A stretch of DNA of 49,498 nucleotides from NCBI GenBank assembly GCA_040756235.1, contig JBFLZG010000043.1:1-49498 (forward strand). The letters run 5' to 3'. Below, in pieces: positions 44,061 through 49,498 of this stretch. A program made the translations under genes and the position numbers. Under the pieces are notes generated by a model, which was not told the DNA's origin, did not search any database, and saw only the letters and a program-made list of their open reading frames with translations. Each line of letters begins with the position of its first letter. Within the stretch, counting starts at the first letter, position 1. The stretch is from a bacterium. Its GTDB lineage: Bacteria > Desulfobacterota > DSWW01.

Positions 44061-45407
44061 TCACCCAGCGAGCTTCATCACGTTCTGCTCGAACCGGTCC
44101 GGGAAGTAGGCCGCATGCGGACCCTTGGGGCTCTCCGCGAGCGGTTCCTCGTCCAAGGACGGTTTTCTCAGCTCGATCCCGTGGGCCTGCAGAATTCTTC
44201 GGAGAAGCGGGTACCGCTTCTCGATCGACTCCTTGACGGAATCATGACCCCTCTTGGCCGCCTGCTGCCTCACCCAGAAGGAGAACGGATTCATCCCGAA
44301 GAACTGGTAGTCGTACTCCGTGGGCTCGACGAGAATGATGTCCCCCTGAAAACGGGGGTCTCGGCGGTAGAGGTCGATGGCGTACTGGAGTCTCGTGTGC
44401 AGCAGGATGCGGAAGACCTGGTTGATGATCGAGAGCAACCCCTGATCGGAAAGGTACCGCCCCTCGACGATCTGTTTTCCCTTCTCCTGCGAGTAGCGCG
44501 AGACCACGCTGTTGTAGAAGGGCCTGAACGGGTTGTAGCAGATGATGAGATCCGCCCCGCTTTCCACGCCCACGTCGATGTTCGCCGTCTTGCGCACGCC
44601 GCCGTCGATGTAATCGACTCCTTTCAGCCGTGCCGGACGGTAGAACGCCGGGAGCGCTGTCGAGGCCTGGACGGCTTGAGAGATCGAGAGATGGTTGTTC
44701 TGGTTGTACCCGAAGACCACCCGTTCGGCCGTGTCCAGGTTGGCCGCGACAATGTACAGGGCCTTGCCGCTCTTCTGATATAGCTCCACGAAATCATTGG
44801 AGAGCCGGTTCTTGGAGAGATTCTTCCGCAGCACCTGCTCCAGCCGCTCATTCGAGAAGATGCCTTTGGGCAGGTAGTGCGACGGGGAGGGGAAGCGATG
44901 GGTCATCCCGAATGTCTTCCCGTAGTGGCTGAACAGCTTTTCCAGGTTTCGGTAGCTCGGCCTGCGGATCAGGGCGAGCACGGACCTGCGCACGTCCTCG
45001 TGCAGGAAGCTGGCCGAAACCAGCAGGGCTACGATGAAGTCCGGCAGGAAGCTGGCCACGTCCGCGACAAAGCGCAACGGATTGAGGAGGAACTCTTCGA
45101 AATTGGGGCGGTAGACGTCCAAGGGATGGATCGGATCGAGCCGCGTTTCCTCTCCCTCGAAGCTCCTCAGCATCTCCTCCGGAGAGATGCCGTTGGCCAG
45201 GAGGGTGGCGATGATGGATCCCGCGCTCAACCCGATGAAGATGTCGAAGTCATTTACCTTGCGCCCGACGAGGCAGCTGTCGAGAGCCTGCAGCCCGCCG
45301 ACCTTGAAGGCGCCCCCGGTCACCGCTCCGCCAGCCAGGACCAGGCAAATCCTCGAGTTCTTCTTCGGGCGGCTCAGGTCACTCTTCTGTACGACGGTGA
45401 TTCCCAT
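44061..45407 (-). CDS. Patatin-like phospholipase
   Basis: LVLAGGAVTG, nucleophile GLSAG, ASTALP, IDGG. Confidence 0.9.
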   Translation of the reverse strand: MGITVVQKSDLSRPKKNSRICLVLAGGAVTGGAFKVGGLQALDSCLVGRKVNDFDIFIGLSAGSIIATLLANGISPEEMLRSFEGEETRLDPIHPLDVYRPNFEEFLLNPLRFVADVASFLPDFIVALLVSASFLHEDVRRSVLALIRRPSYRNLEKLFSHYGKTFGMTHRFPSPSHYLPKGIFSNERLEQVLRKNLSKNRLSNDFVELYQKSGKALYIVAANLDTAERVVFGYNQNNHLSISQAVQASTALPAFYRPARLKGVDYIDGGVRKTANIDVGVESGADLIICYNPFRPFYNSVVSRYSQEKGKQIVEGRYLSDQGLLSIINQVFRILLHTRLQYAIDLYRRDPRFQGDIILVEPTEYDYQFFGMNPFSFWVRQQAAKRGHDSVKESIEKRYPLLRRILQAHGIELRKPSLDEEPLAESPKGPHAAYFPDRFEQNVMKLAG

Positions 45408-45620
45408 TGAATTCAGAGGGACACATGCGGCAGCTTCCCTGGGAAGCCCGCAAAGGTGAGAGAATGGGCCGTACTCAATATTGTATGCCTTCCTGGCGAG
45501 TTGTCCATCCGGCTTCTCCCCCTTGTTTCCTCCCCTATTCCATTTGATGTATATTCTCTTTTGCGAGCATCAAATAGATATCGAGAACCGAATCGCGATG
45601 GTCTGGTCTACCCCTGACCC

Positions 45621-48086
45621 ATGACGGACAGCCACGACGCCTTGCCTGCGAGGGGATCCCCGTTCGCGGCCAGAGAAACGCTGGAGCAGCTCGACTGGCC
45701 CTGGTTTGCGGAGCAGATCCGGCGCCATCTCCGGACCGCCCCGGCCCGGGAGCGGTGCGGTGAACAGCTGTGGCTGCGGGACAGCCAAGAGGCGGGCCAG
45801 GCCCTGCAGGAGGTGGAAGAAGCCCGGATCCTGCTCCGGCAGGACCACCGCCTGCCGATCGGCGCCCCTCCCGATATACGCCCTCATCAAGTCCGCATCC
45901 GCAAGGGAGCCATCCTCGAACCGGATGAGCTCAGCGAGGTCGCCTCCTGGATCGAGGCTTTGGAGGGCCTGCGCCGATTTCTCGTGATCCACCGTCAGGA
46001 GGCCCCGCTGCTGTACCGGTACGCGGAAGCCGCTCCGTCCCTCTCGCACCTCCTTTACGATGTCCGCAGCTGTGTCTCATCGAGCGGGGAAGTCCGGGAT
46101 GAGGCGAGCCCGGCGCTGAGCTCTCTGCGCAAGAAGGCCAAGCGGGTCTATGAGCAGATCCACGAGAAGCTGGCCGGCTATCTGAACGCGAAAGAATACC
46201 AGGACCTGCTGCAGGATCATTTCTATACGATCAAGGAGGAGCGCTACGTTCTGCCGATCAAGACCCAGCAGAGGTCGTTCGTGGAAGGGATCGTGCTGGG
46301 GAGCAGCAACAGCGGCGCCACGCTCTTCATCGAGCCGCGCGAGATCGTCGAGCTCAACAACACGCACAAGCTGGCGCTGCTGGAGATCCAGAACGAGATC
46401 CGCAGAATCCTGAGAGAGATCTGCGATCACCTCCTGGAGGAGGCAGGAGAGCTGCAGCGAGGGGAGGCCTTCCTGACCGAACTGGACCTGATCCAGTCGA
46501 AGGCGGCCCTTGCGGAGGAGCTGGGCGCAACGGTGCCCACGATGCTGCCCGAGGCCGGCCTGCGCCTGATCGCAGCTCGACACCCGATCCTGGCAGGGAA
46601 GCAGGAAGTGGTCCCCAACGACGTCGTGCTGGCCCCTCCCACGCGCGTTCTGCTCATCACCGGCCCCAACACCGGAGGCAAGACGGTCGTTCTCAAGACG
46701 GTCGGCCTCTTGGCCCTCATGGTGCGGGCGGGCTGTCCGATTCCGTCTGCCGCAGGCTCCAACATCCCCTTCTTCGATCAGATCTTCTCGGACATCGGGG
46801 ACGATCAGAGTATTCAGGAGAACCGCTCCAGCTTCTCGGGTCACGTCCTGCGGGTCGCGGGTTTCCTGTCCTCGGCAACATGCGCGAGCCTCGCCTTGCT
46901 GGACGAGATCCTCATCTCGACCGACCCCGAGGAAGGCGCCATGCTGGCCCAAGCCATCCTCGAGCATTTCGCAGACGCCGAAGTCACTTGTCTGGCCACG
47001 ACCCACTTCCTGGCGCTCAAGTCCCTGGCCGCCCAGGATCCCCGGTTCCAGAACGCCTCCCTGGGTTTTCATCCCGAGACCCTCCGGCCCACCTATCATC
47101 TGTCCCAAGGGCTGCCCGGCGGCAGCCACGCGATCCACATCGCCAGCCGGCTCGGCCTGCCGGCCCCTGTCCTGGACAGGGCGATGTCGCTGCGGGGGGC
47201 TTCAGGCGGCAAGCTCGAGGCGCTCCTTCTCCAGGTGCAGGAAGCGAGACAAGAGCTGGAAGCCGAAAAGCAGCGCTGGAGCGCCCTGTCCGAGGAATCC
47301 CGACAGTTGAAGCAGGAGCTGGAGCGAAAGAAGGCAGAAGTGCTTTCCAGAGAAAGGGACCTCAAGGGCAAGTATCGGCAGCGCCTCGAGACCGCCTATC
47401 AGGAAGCCATGCGCGAGCTGGAGAGCTGGCGGCGCAGGCGCAAGGGGGCCGGGCAGGCCTCGACGACTCCGTCGAAGCTCTATCGGGACCTGGTGGAAAC
47501 CAGACGGGAGGCCCTCTCCGAGCCGGGCCCCTTCCATGAGGAACCGCAAGAAGAGCCTGTCCGGGCCGTGGACTGGAGCGAGGCGCGTTGCGGGGACACG
47601 ATCTATCTGCCCGCCCTGCGGACCGAGGCGCGCATCGTCAAGATGCCGGACCGCAAGGGCAACCTCACGGTCGAAACCGACGGCTTCCGCATGCAGGTCA
47701 AGTCCGACCAGGTCCGGGCCCGAAAAGAAAAGGCCGAGACAAGGACCATCCGGGCCGAGCAGCCGGCGCCGTCGTCGTCCCGCAAGAAAGCCGCCTGGGC
47801 CGCCTCGGCGGAGGAATCATCCGAGGAGACCCTGAGCCGGTGCGACCTGAGAGGCTTGACCGTGGAGGAAGCGCTGGATCGGGCTTCCCGTCATCTCGAC
47901 CGCTCCTTCCTGGCCCACCTGTCCAGAGTCAGCCTGGTCCACGGGCTCGGAACAGGCGCCCTCCGGACAGCCGTCCGGGATTATCTCTCCCGCTCCCCTT
48001 ATCCGGTCTCCTTTCGGCCCGGCGCTCCCGAGGAGGGTGGGGACGGGGTCACGGTCGTGGAATTCGGCGGCGGGCCGCGGTCCTGA
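45621..48086 (+). CDS. mutS2: MutS2 (ATPase with Smr domain)
   Basis: GATLFIEP, ARHP, ITGPNTGGKT, DIGDDQSI..N.SSFSGH, LLDE...TDPEEG, TTH, Smr DLRGLTVEEAL...VHGLGTGALR. Confidence 0.95.
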   Translation: MTDSHDALPARGSPFAARETLEQLDWPWFAEQIRRHLRTAPARERCGEQLWLRDSQEAGQALQEVEEARILLRQDHRLPIGAPPDIRPHQVRIRKGAILEPDELSEVASWIEALEGLRRFLVIHRQEAPLLYRYAEAAPSLSHLLYDVRSCVSSSGEVRDEASPALSSLRKKAKRVYEQIHEKLAGYLNAKEYQDLLQDHFYTIKEERYVLPIKTQQRSFVEGIVLGSSNSGATLFIEPREIVELNNTHKLALLEIQNEIRRILREICDHLLEEAGELQRGEAFLTELDLIQSKAALAEELGATVPTMLPEAGLRLIAARHPILAGKQEVVPNDVVLAPPTRVLLITGPNTGGKTVVLKTVGLLALMVRAGCPIPSAAGSNIPFFDQIFSDIGDDQSIQENRSSFSGHVLRVAGFLSSATCASLALLDEILISTDPEEGAMLAQAILEHFADAEVTCLATTHFLALKSLAAQDPRFQNASLGFHPETLRPTYHLSQGLPGGSHAIHIASRLGLPAPVLDRAMSLRGASGGKLEALLLQVQEARQELEAEKQRWSALSEESRQLKQELERKKAEVLSRERDLKGKYRQRLETAYQEAMRELESWRRRRKGAGQASTTPSKLYRDLVETRREALSEPGPFHEEPQEEPVRAVDWSEARCGDTIYLPALRTEARIVKMPDRKGNLTVETDGFRMQVKSDQVRARKEKAETRTIRAEQPAPSSSRKKAAWAASAEESSEETLSRCDLRGLTVEEALDRASRHLDRSFLAHLSRVSLVHGLGTGALRTAVRDYLSRSPYPVSFRPGAPEEGGDGVTVVEFGGGPRS

Positions 48087-48140
48087 CACCGCCCTTGCTT
48101 CAGCAGTGACGAAGGACGAGCCGAACACGGCAGCGGGCAG

Positions 48141-48671
48141 CTATCGCGCAGAGGAGCCTCTTTCACCCGATCGGTAGACCCTTCCGAGGAAGGGCTGCCA
48201 TCCCAGGCGGTCGCCGGTCCGCAGAACCAACACAAGGGTCATGCTGAGCCACAGGACGTCCTCGAGCAGAAGCTCGAGGTCCACGTTGCGGCTCGCCACG
48301 TTGCCGAAACAGCCGCAAGAGATGTCCAGCCCCCGCACCAGACTGATCGCCACCGCCGCGATGAAGGTTGCAAGGAGCGCGGCCACGATCGACGAGGCGG
48401 TCCGGACCCACTGCCCTGCAAGCAACAGAACACCGCAGGCGAATTCCAGCCAGGGAAGCCAGACGGCGAACAGATTCACGAAGGGTTCCGGAAGGATACG
48501 GTAGTTCGCAACGGCCCGGGCGAAAACGTCCGGGTGGAGGATCTTGTCCAGGCTCGCCGCCACGAAGACCCCGCCCACCAACAGTCGAAAGACCAGAAAG
48601 AGAATCCGCTCGTGCCGGGCCAGCCAGGGCCGGTTGCCTCGATCTTCTCTCGGTTCCTCAGTCATCTCCAT
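48141..48671 (-). CDS. MauE/DoxX-family membrane protein
   Basis: RLLVGGVFVAASLDKILHP..FA..V.NY.ILP, LPWLE, RGLDISCGCFG. Confidence 0.88.
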   Translation of the reverse strand: MEMTEEPREDRGNRPWLARHERILFLVFRLLVGGVFVAASLDKILHPDVFARAVANYRILPEPFVNLFAVWLPWLEFACGVLLLAGQWVRTASSIVAALLATFIAAVAISLVRGLDISCGCFGNVASRNVDLELLLEDVLWLSMTLVLVLRTGDRLGWQPFLGRVYRSGERGSSAR

Positions 48672-49194
48672 CTGCCCGGCCTCCTCCCTGAGCCCCATCC
48701 GCGAACGCCGGGCCGCTCAACAGCCCCCCGTCGGGCGGAGCTTGCCCGTCAGCGGCAAGCGGGTGCCCGGAGCGCTTCCACTCCTCCCAGCCGCCGTAGA
48801 AGAGACGGATGTCCCGATAGCCGGACTCCCGTAGCAGTTCAGCCACCTCGCGGCTCGAATCACATCCCTTTCCCGAGCAGTAGACGATCACCGTGGCGTC
48901 CAGTGGCACGAGGTCGAGGAAGGCCGAAGCTTTTTCCTCGAACTCGTCGGCGCTCAGTGAAAGCGCGCCCGGGATGCTTCCGGCGTCATATTCCTCCCGG
49001 GTCCGGGCATCGACGAAGACCGCTTGCCGTCCCTGAAAGAGGCCCCAGGCACCCTCCAGATCGATGGCACGCACACCTTCGATCGGCGCAGGCGCGACCG
49101 GGCCGAGGATGCGGACCCCGTTCGGGGACAAGCTGTTCGCCGTGAGTCCGATCAGGCCGGAAGCCAGGATCAGAAGCAAGGCCCTCTTGATCAT
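48658..49194 (-). CDS. Exported rhodanese-like domain protein
   Basis: N-terminal TM/signal, FVDAR..EY..G.IPGA, YCSGKGC..S, GGW.EW. Confidence 0.88.
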   Translation of the reverse strand: MIKRALLLILASGLIGLTANSLSPNGVRILGPVAPAPIEGVRAIDLEGAWGLFQGRQAVFVDARTREEYDAGSIPGALSLSADEFEEKASAFLDLVPLDATVIVYCSGKGCDSSREVAELLRESGYRDIRLFYGGWEEWKRSGHPLAADGQAPPDGGLLSGPAFADGAQGGGRADGDD

Positions 49195-49206
49195 TGTACC
49201 CTCAAG

Positions 49207-49302
49207 TCAGTTGCCAGTTACCAGTTGTCAGCTACCAGTTACCGGTCTCCAACTCTCGGGGCCCCGGGGGAGGGCCTGACAGACTGACAACTGAAAACCG
49301 AC
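49207..49302. repeat. Heptamer tandem-repeat hairpin (CCAGTTR / CTGACAA units)
   Basis: tcagttg-ccagtta-ccagttg-tcagcta-ccagtta-ccggtct, followed after a loop by ctgacaga-ctgacaa-ctgaaaa-ccgacc. Confidence 0.7.
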
Positions 49303-49416
49303 CGCTTCTCTTGCATCATGCTACCGAAAAGTCGTGCCAAAGGAAAACGGGATGGCCGCCTTTACATCGGTGTCCTGCCCCCTTAGAATAGAGCTTGTCC
49401 CACAAGCCCCAGTTCG

Positions 49417-49498
49417 AGAGCCTGTTCAAAAATGCCCAGATGCAAGGCGCGCGAAATCCCGAGGAATGAGGCGTACATTTCAGTACGCCGCAGTGACG
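49417..49498 (-). mobile_element. Second copy of the MITE family, inverted, truncated by window end
   Basis: gagcctgttcaaaaatgcccagatgcaaggcgcgcgaa matches the reverse complement of the right end of the 42276-42451 element. Confidence 0.7.

Noticed and set aside
48141..49194. Rhodanese + MauE/DoxX pair as a novel system
   Set aside because: This pairing is commonly seen in bacterial genomes; nothing unusual here.
1..49498. CRISPR array or cas genes
   Set aside because: No regularly spaced direct repeats with unique spacers and no Cas-like ORFs; the repeats seen are heptamer hairpins, REP-like or MITE sequences.

Overview
GC-rich bacterial chromosome segment. Gene content and synteny suggest a Deltaproteobacteria/Desulfobacterota-type organism (inference). 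It has two parts. (1) About 1-19,000 is an accessory, partly decaying island apparently for lipophilic substrates, bounded by an IS21-family end (inserted in a TetR-like gene) and an IS1634-family remnant. It encodes DUF1329 x2 (one broken), two AveC-like membrane proteins, a DUF1302 outer-membrane protein, a GMC oxidoreductase and a MerR-type regulator. It also holds an intact minus-strand operon: SCP2-like x2, two COG1233 flavoproteins, Zn-ADH, ALDH, SCP2. This operon resembles the O2-independent CtmAB/GeoA/GeoB hydroxylation-oxidation route. Several deletion scars fuse unrelated genes. (2) About 19,000-49,498 is core genome: lptG/lptF with LPS glycosyltransferases, dusB, a large orphan lipoprotein, the spoVG-tRNA-Gln-prs-rplY-pth-hppA-ychF-rpsF-rpsR-rplI-dnaB cluster, an unusual stand-alone murG-HEAT fusion plus divergent mraY, asd, a patatin, mutS2 and a rhodanese/MauE pair, with MITE/REP-like and heptamer-hairpin repeats. 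No CRISPR array, rRNA or prophage was seen. All family calls come from motif recognition by eye, not database searches.
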